Below, one piece after another: positions 18,358 to 25,187 of a DNA stretch of 64,000 nucleotides. Position numbers and translations under genes: made by a program. This stretch comes from Candidatus Fraserbacteria bacterium (GTDB taxonomy: Bacteria > Bipolaricaulota > Bipolaricaulia > RBG-16-55-9 > JANLFV01): positions 27,156 to 91,155 of the forward strand of contig JBBIJD010000001.1 of NCBI GenBank assembly GCA_037446135.1, in the 5' to 3' direction. Under the pieces are notes generated by a model. The model saw only the letters and a list, made by a program, of their open reading frames with translations, searched no databases and was not told where the DNA came from. Numbering within the stretch: the first letter of the stretch is position 1; the number at the start of each line of letters is the position of its first letter.

Positions 18358-19371
18358 CTAGCCCCGGGACAGGAGTCCCCGGAGGAGGGCCACATCCTCG
18401 CCGTCGGCATCCCCGTCGTTATCGAAATCGAAGGCCGGCCAATTGTTCTGGACCCCAGCGGTGGTGAGGTTCGCCTCCAGGAGGTCCGGGTCAGCGGCGG
18501 TAAAGGCCCCATCGCCGTCCACATCCTCGTAGAAGCCGTCCCCATCGAGGTCCTGTGGCGGATTCGCCGCTCCTCCGATCGGGATGAGCTTGAGCTCAGG
18601 GACATCGAAAATGAGCTGCCCCGCGGGGAGATAATCGGGACTCCCGAAGTCGAGGACCGCCAGGGCATAGTATCGGCCCGGTGCGGGGCGAGGTGAGGAG
18701 CCCCGAGCTCGGGCCTCCCGGACCGCCCCGGGGAGGATCGGGAACTGGGCCACCTCGATCCGCTCCACTAGTTCGCCCCGAGCATCTAGGACTTGGACCT
18801 CCCCGCTCACCCGGAGGTGGATATCCCCGGTGTTCTCGAAGCCGATGAGGAAAGTGAGCGGGTTGAGCCCGAGCCGCTGGACCCCGGTGATCCGGCCGGC
18901 TCTCGTGCCGGTCCAAGGTGGGGTCTCATAGACCTTGATCCCGAACCGGGGGACCACCATTACCGTCGTCCCGCCCCGCTCTTGCGGCCGGGGCCGCCCC
19001 TCGACCATGATCATCCCCCAATAGGTCCCCTGGACATCGGGCGGGACAGTGATGGTGAACCGGACCTCGCGGGCCTCATCGGGCTTAAGGGAGAAGCTCG
19101 TGGGGGTCACGGTGATCCAGGCGGTATTCGAGCGAGGGAGGCTCCCCGGCTCATAGAAGCGGTGATTCCCCTCGACATCCCGGTCCCAGTCGACGAGGTA
19201 GACCTTGATGTCGTCGGTGATCTGTTCATCGTTGTGGACGAGGAAGGAGAAGGTCCCGCTCCCACCGGCCGGGACCTGGAGGTCGAACTCGATCTGGGAG
19301 ACCTCCAGGGCTGAGGAGGTCAGGAGCACCGCCGCAAGGGTCAAGAGGAGAATAAAGCTCTTCCTCAGCAT
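18358..19371 (-). CDS. Secreted protein with an N-terminal Ig-like domain resembling pilus-chaperone (PapD-like)/DUF916-type domains and a C-terminal dockerin-like Ca-binding repeat pair
   Basis: 337 aa. Signal peptide MLRKSFILLLTLAAVLLTSSA. LEVSQIEFDLQVPAGGSGTFSFLVHNDEQITDDIKVYLVDW parallels the chaperone pattern (RIxY...KSVSLTVxN...PYLVQSW). The C-terminus has two dockerin-type repeats: DLDGDGFYEDVDGDG...DPDLLEANL and DFDNDGDADGEDVALLRGLL. Confidence 0.6.
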   Translation of the reverse strand: MLRKSFILLLTLAAVLLTSSALEVSQIEFDLQVPAGGSGTFSFLVHNDEQITDDIKVYLVDWDRDVEGNHRFYEPGSLPRSNTAWITVTPTSFSLKPDEAREVRFTITVPPDVQGTYWGMIMVEGRPRPQERGGTTVMVVPRFGIKVYETPPWTGTRAGRITGVQRLGLNPLTFLIGFENTGDIHLRVSGEVQVLDARGELVERIEVAQFPILPGAVREARARGSSPRPAPGRYYALAVLDFGSPDYLPAGQLIFDVPELKLIPIGGAANPPQDLDGDGFYEDVDGDGAFTAADPDLLEANLTTAGVQNNWPAFDFDNDGDADGEDVALLRGLLSRG

Positions 19372-19389
19372 CTTCTTAGCTCAGGGGCT

Positions 19390-19418
19390 GGGGAGGGCCT
19401 CTCCCTGCGGCCCTCCCC
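19390..19418 (-). other. Intercistronic stable hairpin (10-bp GC stem GGGGAGGGCC/GGCCCTCCCC) between small-subunit gene A and the downstream chaperone-like gene
   Basis: Perfect inverted repeat seen directly. No T-tract follows on the coding (minus) strand, so it is more likely an mRNA stability or attenuation element than a full terminator. Confidence 0.5.
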
Positions 19419-19436
19419 AGCATTCTACTCCAAGGC

Positions 19437-19958
19437 CTAGGCGCTCGTCAGGGTGTAGACGATCTGGAGGGTATAGCTCCCCGGTGGGTCCTCTTCCCAG
19501 GCGAGGAGGACCCTGAAATGGGTATTCACGAGGATATTATTCCCTCTATTCCCCGCGGCCACCTGGACTTCGTTGATGGTCATCCCGGTATAGTCGGGCT
19601 GGGTCGCGGTCACTCGCGGGTCGGTGGAGGAGGACTTCCACTCCAGATCTTCACAGGGCTTATTCGGGTCCGGCCAAGTCCCAGTGTAAGTCCAAGTCGG
19701 GGCTGTGGCCCAGACATTGACCTGCCAGTTGACATTGCTCCTGACTTTGAGCGTCTGGGCGGGAGAGATCTCCTTATAGCCCCTCTCGTAGTCGTCTGCC
19801 GTCAGGTCCCCGAAGTCGACGAGATTGGGGTCCACCGTCAAGCGGAGAGCCGCTAGCGCGGTCGCTTGAACAGTCGTATTTTGGCTTGTCTGGGCCAAGC
19901 CCGCAAGGCCGAGGAGCAGAACCAAACCTGCTGCCAGAAGCCATCTCAATCTTGCCAT
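19437..19958 (-). CDS. Small secreted beta-rich protein, paralog A of a three-member family (pilin/SCPU-like or WxL-like C-terminal strand)
   Basis: 173 aa. Signal peptide MARLRWLLAAGLVLLLGLAGLAQT. Thr/Ser/Asn-rich. C-terminus PGSYTLQIVYTLTSA matches paralogs B (PGDYSITLEYTATSL) and C (PGDYHVTLTYTITTD). Confidence 0.8.
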   Translation of the reverse strand: MARLRWLLAAGLVLLLGLAGLAQTSQNTTVQATALAALRLTVDPNLVDFGDLTADDYERGYKEISPAQTLKVRSNVNWQVNVWATAPTWTYTGTWPDPNKPCEDLEWKSSSTDPRVTATQPDYTGMTINEVQVAAGNRGNNILVNTHFRVLLAWEEDPPGSYTLQIVYTLTSA

Positions 19959-19984
19959 TCTAGCCTCCTAAATGTGAATCTTTG

Positions 19985-20060
19985 GTGGCTTCGGCAGCCT
20001 GGCAGTCCGTGGAGGACCCACGGCTTTGCGCCCCCATGTCGCCATGGGTTCGCCTTTTCG
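19985..20060 (-). promoter_or_regulatory. GEMM-like (c-di-GMP-I class) riboswitch motif in the 5' UTR of paralog A
   Basis: RNA sense: AAGGCGAACCC-[CCCAUG GCGA CAUGGG]-GGCGCAAAGCC-[CCGUGG guccu CCACGG]...GGCUGCCGAAGCC. Shows the GEMM hallmarks GGCAAACC and GGRCGCAAAGCY around a P1 hairpin with a GNRA tetraloop, then P2. The same architecture occurs twice upstream of paralog C with compensatory changes in the P1 stem. Confidence 0.7.
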
Positions 20061-20075
20061 GTCCACTTAAACAAT

Positions 20076-20110
20076 ATTATACAAAGGCTGAGCCGAAGGT
20101 CGTCTGTAAT
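20076..20110 (-). promoter_or_regulatory. Candidate promoter (-10 TATAAT on minus strand) driving the riboswitch-paralog A transcript
   Basis: Minus-strand TATAAT (plus 20076-20081 ATTATA) lies immediately upstream of the riboswitch. The -35 is weak. Confidence 0.4.
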
Positions 20111-20137
20111 GTGGATCACATTCCCCGGCCGGGGGCT

Positions 20138-20190
20138 TGACACCCATAAAATAAAGAGAGGCCCCGGGCTCGAGTCATGAGCCCGGGGCC
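20138..20190 (-). terminator. Rho-independent terminator after paralog B (perfect 10-bp GC stem plus T-tract on the minus strand)
   Basis: GGCCCCGGGC...GCCCGGGGCC stem at 20160-20190. On the minus strand it is followed by CTCTCTTTATTTTATGGG. Sits 20 nt after the stop of 20212..20754. Confidence 0.75.
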
Positions 20191-20211
20191 CCGAAATGAG
20201 CGACTAACCGG

Positions 20212-20754
20212 TTACAGAGAGGTTGCGGTGTATTCCAGGGTGATGCTGTAATCTCCGGGGATGTCCTGTTCGTCCGAGGTATACTTGTAGGCCATATGGA
20301 AGTAGGCCGCGCCCGGCTTCTCCCCGGTCCCGGCCTTCATCATCTGATTGAATCCCGGGAAGCTGACATAGCTCCCCTGGTAGCCGCTGACATTCCCCTC
20401 GACTTTGGCGACCTTCCAGGCGAAGTCAGCGAGGATGTCCCCTTCAAAGCCCGGAGGGGTGGTAGCCTCGACGGCCTGGACGGCCAGGACATAGCCGTTA
20501 TGGCAGTTGGTCCTGAGGGAGACGATGTTCCCTTCGGTGTCCTCTAGGATCTGATCCGGCCCGGTGATCGTCCCCAGGAAGACATCCTGGTGGACATTGA
20601 GGGTGATCCAACAGTTGGCATTCCAGTAGACCGTGGTCTTCCCGCCGTCCCCGGCCCCGAGGGAGATCGTCCCCCAGAGGGCCGCGATCGCTAATGCCGC
20701 GAGGGTCGCTACCTTCAGGGTCTTTCCTATTCTCTTCATCGGTGTTACCTCCAT
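20212..20754 (-). CDS. Small secreted beta-rich protein, paralog B
   Basis: 180 aa. Signal peptide (MKRIGKTLKVATLAALAIAALWG). C-terminal PGDYSITLEYTATSL. No riboswitch upstream; instead an 11-bp-periodic TGGAAr repeat array. Confidence 0.8.
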   Translation of the reverse strand: MEVTPMKRIGKTLKVATLAALAIAALWGTISLGAGDGGKTTVYWNANCWITLNVHQDVFLGTITGPDQILEDTEGNIVSLRTNCHNGYVLAVQAVEATTPPGFEGDILADFAWKVAKVEGNVSGYQGSYVSFPGFNQMMKAGTGEKPGAAYFHMAYKYTSDEQDIPGDYSITLEYTATSL

Positions 20755-20825
20755 CTTCTCTTCCTAGGTCAGGTTTCTGACCTTTCGTCTCGCCTCGGAG
20801 TTTAAGTCACCCCCGCTGGAGGGTC

Positions 20826-20878
20826 GATGGAAGCGGGCTGAAAAGTCGGAGGAAAGCGGCTGGAAATTCCATGGAAAT
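20826..20878. promoter_or_regulatory. Array of five direct repeats (T/A)G(G/A)AA(A/G) at exact 11-bp spacing; candidate OmpR-family response-regulator binding site upstream of paralog B
   Basis: GATGGAAG cgg GCTGAAAAG tcg GAGGAAAG cgg CTGGAAAT tcc ATGGAAAT. Repeat cores start at 20828, 20839, 20850, 20861 and 20872. A related 4-repeat array lies at 22182-22220. Confidence 0.55.
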
Positions 20879-20895
20879 CCCAGAGACTGGAGCTA

Positions 20896-22158
20896 TTAGG
20901 GCTTCTTAGCAGGGAGGGCCCTGGCCCCTCCGAGCCGCTTTGCCCGGTAGAGGGCCCGGTCGGCCTGCTCGATCAGCTCGTCCGGCGAGGCCCCGTCCTC
21001 GGGGAAGCCGGCCACTCCGGCGCTGAAGCTGGCCCTGAAGGGCTCGGATTGCTCAGGGGCTTGGAACCGCTGCTCATGGAACTCCCCTTGGAGCCTGGTC
21101 AGGGCCGCCACGGCCCGGGGCTTGATGGTCTCGGGGAGGATGAGGGCGAACTCATCCCCGCCGTAGCGGGCGGGTAGGTCGCTCTTCCGTCCCTTGGACT
21201 TGATGAGCTCGGCCAGGGCCTTCAGGACGGAGTCGCCCATCCGATGGCCATAGCGGTCGTTGATCGCCTTGAACCGGTCGAGGTCGAGGAGGGCCAGGGA
21301 GAAGACCCTTCCATACCTTCTGCTCCGCTCGAGGGTGCAGCGGAGCTTCTCCTGGAAGGCCCGGTGGTTGTAGAGCCCGGTCAGGCCATCGAGGTCCGCC
21401 AGCTCGGTGAGCACCCGGTTCCGCTCGAGCCGGGCGGCGATCCGGGCGATCAGCTCCTCAGGGTAGAACGGCTTAGTGATGTAGTCGTCCGCCCCGGCCT
21501 CCAGGCCCCGGACCTTGGTCGCCACATCGCCCCTCCCGGTGAGGAAGAAGATCGGGAGCTTCTGGAACTCCACCTCCCGGCGGAGGGAGGCGCAGAGCTC
21601 CAGTCCGGTCAGCTTCGGCATCTCGATGTCCAGGAGCAAGAGGTCCGGCTTGAACTCCCTCAGGGTTGAGAGCGCCTCCGTCGGGTCTTGCAAGGCCTTG
21701 GTGGCGAACCCCGCTTGGCGGAGATGCCCCCCGACGAGCTCCAAGAGGTGAGGATCATCATCGACGATCGCGATCCTCAAGCGGTCGCCTCCTCCCTTTG
21801 GCTCTTGCTCAAGCTCGAACTTGAGCCCAAGCGCCGCTTCGGCCCGCTGGAGCTCCTCCTCCAGCTCGCGAAGGAGGGCCCGGAGCCTTCCCAGTTCCGG
21901 GGCGGCCAGCGGCCTGTTCTGAAGCTGGAGGGCCTCTTCCATCTCCTGAGCCAGCTCGGAGAGCCGAGGGTAGCCGTAGGAGCCGCCGCTCCCCTTGAGC
22001 CGATGGGCCCGCTCCAAGAGGGCCGCCATGGGGGCTTCAGCCTGAGGATCGGCCTCGAGGTCATTGAGCAACTGTCCGAAGAGGTTGAGGGCCCCGCGGA
22101 CCTCCTCGAGGTAGAGCCTTCGCAAGCCCTCCAATCCTTCTTCCATAGGTTCCACCAT
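20896..22158 (-). CDS. Hpt-REC-GGDEF signalling protein (diguanylate cyclase with receiver and N-terminal histidine phosphotransfer domain)
   Basis: 420 aa. Hpt HxxKG motif (ERAHRLKGSGGSYG). REC (IAIVDDDP...LLLDIEMP...DDYITKPF). GGDEF with intact active site RYGGDEF and a putative I-site (RRYGRV...). Confidence 0.9.
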   Translation of the reverse strand: MVEPMEEGLEGLRRLYLEEVRGALNLFGQLLNDLEADPQAEAPMAALLERAHRLKGSGGSYGYPRLSELAQEMEEALQLQNRPLAAPELGRLRALLRELEEELQRAEAALGLKFELEQEPKGGGDRLRIAIVDDDPHLLELVGGHLRQAGFATKALQDPTEALSTLREFKPDLLLLDIEMPKLTGLELCASLRREVEFQKLPIFFLTGRGDVATKVRGLEAGADDYITKPFYPEELIARIAARLERNRVLTELADLDGLTGLYNHRAFQEKLRCTLERSRRYGRVFSLALLDLDRFKAINDRYGHRMGDSVLKALAELIKSKGRKSDLPARYGGDEFALILPETIKPRAVAALTRLQGEFHEQRFQAPEQSEPFRASFSAGVAGFPEDGASPDELIEQADRALYRAKRLGGARALPAKKP

Positions 22159-22181
22159 TGGGAAGGATAAGGCCCTCAGGC

Positions 22182-22220
22182 TGGAATATCGATGGAAGTG
22201 GGCTGGAAATCTGATGGAAG
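22182..22220. promoter_or_regulatory. Four TGGAA(T/G/A) direct repeats at 11-bp spacing upstream of the Hpt-REC-GGDEF gene
   Basis: cTGGAAT atc gATGGAAG tgg gcTGGAAAT ctg ATGGAAG. TGGAA cores at 22182, 22193, 22204 and 22215, located 25-65 nt upstream of the GGDEF start codon and just after the RR stop. Confidence 0.5.
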
Positions 22221-22227
22221 CGGGGGG

Positions 22228-22905
22228 CTACCCCGCCAACTTATACCCGAACCCGCGGACGGTGAGGATCAGTTCGGGGTTCTGCGGGTCCCGCTCGATC
22301 CGCTTGCGGAGGAGGTAAATGTATTTTTGCACATCGCCGGGGCGGGCGAAGCTGCTCCCCGGCCAGAGATGGTCGATGATCTCCCGATCGGAGAAGACCC
22401 TCCCCCGCTCTGAAGCTAAGAGGAGCAGGAGCTCATACTCCTTGGGGGAGAGGCTCACCACCTCTCCTCGGACCTGGACGGTCTTGCTCTTATCGTCGAT
22501 GGTGAGCGGCCCGACCTCAATGAGCGCCTCTTTCGGGGCCGCCCCGGCCCGCCGGAGGACCGCCTCGATCCGGAGGGCCACCTCCATGAGGTCGAACGGC
22601 TTCCTGATATAGTCGTCGGCCCCGAGGGTGAACCCCTGGATCGTATCTATCGGCGAGTCCCGGGCGGTGAGCATCAGCACTGGGGTGGAGCTGCCTTCCC
22701 GGATCCGCCGGAGCACCTCCCAGCCATCCATCCCCGGGAGCATCACATCGAGGAGGACCAGGTCCGGCCGCTCCTTAGCGAAGGCCTCCAGGGCCTTTGG
22801 GCCGTCCTCGGCGGTGAGGACCTCATACCCGCGGGAGCTGAGGAAGGCTCGGAGGAGCCTCAAGATATCAGGGTCGTCATCGACGAGGAGGATCTTCTTA
22901 GCCAT
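22228..22905 (-). CDS. OmpR-family response regulator (REC + winged-helix)
   Basis: 225 aa. KILLVDDDP...LVLLDVMLPGMDGW...DDYIRKPF, plus trans_reg_C (LSPKEYELLLLLASERGRVFSDREIIDHLW...TVRGFGYKLA). About 60% identity by eye to the second RR at 39014. Confidence 0.95.
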   Translation of the reverse strand: MAKKILLVDDDPDILRLLRAFLSSRGYEVLTAEDGPKALEAFAKERPDLVLLDVMLPGMDGWEVLRRIREGSSTPVLMLTARDSPIDTIQGFTLGADDYIRKPFDLMEVALRIEAVLRRAGAAPKEALIEVGPLTIDDKSKTVQVRGEVVSLSPKEYELLLLLASERGRVFSDREIIDHLWPGSSFARPGDVQKYIYLLRKRIERDPQNPELILTVRGFGYKLAG

Positions 22906-25075
22906 CCTGATCAGTCAGTCCTCCGTCCAGCCCGAGCTTGAGCCAGCTCTTGGAGAGCGGGAGCCTGACGGTGAACTTCGTCCCCGCATTCGGCTTGCTC
23001 TCGACCCTGATCTCCCCGCCGTGACGGTCGATCGTGGCCTTGACGATCGCCAGCCCCAGGCCGGTCCCCGTGGCCTCCCGGACATAGGGGTTGGTGGAGC
23101 GGAAGAACCTGGTGAAGAGCCGGCCGAGCTCCTCCGCGTCCATCCCGATCCCGGTATCCGTGACCTCGACGATCGCCTCCCCGGCCACGGTGTCGGCCCG
23201 GGCCCGGAGGCTCACCTTCCCCTCCTTGGTGTATTTGATGGCATTGGAGAGGAGGTTGGCGAAGGCCCGAGCGAGGTAGTCGGCATCACCTTTGACCTGG
23301 AGCCCTTCCTCCAGCTCGACCTCCAGGGCCAATCCCTTCTCCCGGGCATTGACGGCGAAAGTGGCGGCCACATCCCTCAAGATTTCGTCGAGCGCGAGGT
23401 CCCTTAGCTCGATCTTCCGCTCCCCCGACTCGAGCCGCTCGATGTCCAGGAGGTCGTTGACCAGTTTGGTCAGGCGGTCGGCGTTCCGGGAGATAACCTG
23501 GAGGAACTCCTCCTGGGCCGGATTGAGGGGGCCGGTCTCCCCGGCCAAGAGGAGGTCGGCATACCCTTTGATCGAGGTGAGCGGGGTCCGAAGCTCATGG
23601 GAGACGGTGGCGAGGAACTCGGCCTTCAGTTGCTCCAGTCGCTTCTGAGCGGTGATATCCCGCATCATCCCTTGATAGCCCACCAGCCGCCCCGCGCTGT
23701 CCTTGATGGCCACACTGATCTCGTGGACCGTCCTCATTGAGCCGTCCTTGTGCTTATACGCTAGTTCCATGTCTACATAGCCGTCCCGCGCCAGTCGCCG
23801 GTGGAACTCCTCCCGCTGGGCCGGGTCGGCATAATTCTCGCAGAGGTCCATCCGGATCAGCTCCTCTTCCCTGTAGCCGAGAAGCTTCCTCACCGCCGGG
23901 TTGACATCGACGAGTCGGCCTTGAGAATCGCAGACATAGATCACATCGGCGCTATTCTCGAAGAGGTTGCGGTAGCGCTCCCCTGAGCGGCGGAGTTCCT
24001 CCTCAGCTTGCTCGCGTCTAGCAAGCATCTCATTGATCGAGCGAGCCAGGCTCGCCAGCTCATCGCCCCCTTTGGAGGGGAGGCGGGCCGAGAGGTCGCC
24101 GCTCGCCGTGACCCGGCGGACAGCCCGCTCGAGTCGGGCCAGCTTAGCCAGGACACCCCTCTCGAGCAGGAGGAGGGCGGTGGCCGTGAAGACCAGGCCG
24201 ATGGTAGAGAGGGCCAACATGAAGTAGTTCAAGCTCGCCAGCCCTTGGCTGTAGATGGTCCGCGGGAGGTCCACCCTCAAGATGAGGGCCGGCTGGCCGT
24301 AGATATCTCGGAGCAGGGCATAGCCGGCGACCCGCTCCCGGTCGAGCCGCTGGACAGGGAGCGTCGTCGCCCCTGTCCCCGCTAAGAGGGCCGTGCGGGC
24401 CGCGGCGAAGGCCGGGTCTTCTAGGGCTAGTCCTGGCTCATCAACTCGCCGGAATGCTAGTGAGAGGTCCGTCAACTCCGCCAGTTGAGCGACCTTAGCA
24501 GCATCGAGGTAGCGGCCCATGATGAGCGAGCCCCGGCTCGGGCCGGTCTTCTCGCTGGTGAGGATCGGCCTGGCGGCCAAGAGGAGTGGCCCCTCCGCTA
24601 GAAGGAGGAGCCCAGTCAGCCCCTCTTTGGGAGGCTCCTCGCGGGGCCGGAGGAGCGGGCTCTCAGGGGTGAGACTGTTCAAGAGGCCCTCTGGGACTGG
24701 CACCTCCCTTCTCTCCTGGAGGTCGAAGGCCTTGGCGAAGACGATCCTCCCCGAGGAGTGGACGAAGACCATCAAGTTCAAGCCGAGCTCGCTGAAGGTC
24801 TGATCGACGAGGTTGGAGCGGATATACTCCGGATTGGCGTCCTCGATGAAGGCATAGGTATCGTCCCAACCGGCCCAATCGCCGACGAGGGCGCTCAGCT
24901 TGGCCTGGTCATCGGCTAGCGCGTTCAGGGTTCGCTCGACCTCCCTTCGGGTGGCCTGCTCTTCCAGGGCCAGGAAGCCCCCGAGGAAGAGCGACCGGAG
25001 GACGAGATACATGATGGCTACTGAGCAGAGGAGCACTGAGCCGATAGTGATCAGCGTCTTCTTCCGTAGGGTCAT
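22898..25075 (-). CDS. Sensor histidine kinase with extracytoplasmic sensor domain, HAMP, PAS, HisKA and HATPase_c
   Basis: 725 aa. N-terminal TM segment, ~270-aa periplasmic region, a second TM, HAMP-like linker, PAS (DVIYVCDSQGRLVDVNPAV), H-box (ATVSHELRTPLTSI), and N/G boxes (LSNAIKYT, DTGIGM, GTGLGLAIV). Confidence 0.9.
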   Translation of the reverse strand: MTLRKKTLITIGSVLLCSVAIMYLVLRSLFLGGFLALEEQATRREVERTLNALADDQAKLSALVGDWAGWDDTYAFIEDANPEYIRSNLVDQTFSELGLNLMVFVHSSGRIVFAKAFDLQERREVPVPEGLLNSLTPESPLLRPREEPPKEGLTGLLLLAEGPLLLAARPILTSEKTGPSRGSLIMGRYLDAAKVAQLAELTDLSLAFRRVDEPGLALEDPAFAAARTALLAGTGATTLPVQRLDRERVAGYALLRDIYGQPALILRVDLPRTIYSQGLASLNYFMLALSTIGLVFTATALLLLERGVLAKLARLERAVRRVTASGDLSARLPSKGGDELASLARSINEMLARREQAEEELRRSGERYRNLFENSADVIYVCDSQGRLVDVNPAVRKLLGYREEELIRMDLCENYADPAQREEFHRRLARDGYVDMELAYKHKDGSMRTVHEISVAIKDSAGRLVGYQGMMRDITAQKRLEQLKAEFLATVSHELRTPLTSIKGYADLLLAGETGPLNPAQEEFLQVISRNADRLTKLVNDLLDIERLESGERKIELRDLALDEILRDVAATFAVNAREKGLALEVELEEGLQVKGDADYLARAFANLLSNAIKYTKEGKVSLRARADTVAGEAIVEVTDTGIGMDAEELGRLFTRFFRSTNPYVREATGTGLGLAIVKATIDRHGGEIRVESKPNAGTKFTVRLPLSKSWLKLGLDGGLTDQDG

Positions 25076-25187
25076 CTATCTGCTTCTGGCCTCTCGGCCT
25101 GTATCGAGAAGGAATAATAAACCAATAAAGCCGGCCATTCAAGGCCGGCTATCCAACTCTGCTCTTACTCCTGGGCAAGCAGGGCTC

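Noticed and set aside
21244-22170. Plus-strand ORFs 21244..21669 and 21688..22170 inside the GGDEF gene, and similar ones inside the kinase, HD-GYP and ABC genes (for example 26218..26925, 26980..27447, 43939..45324)
   Set aside because: Antisense shadow ORFs with low-complexity composition. Each host gene has unambiguous catalytic motifs on the other strand.
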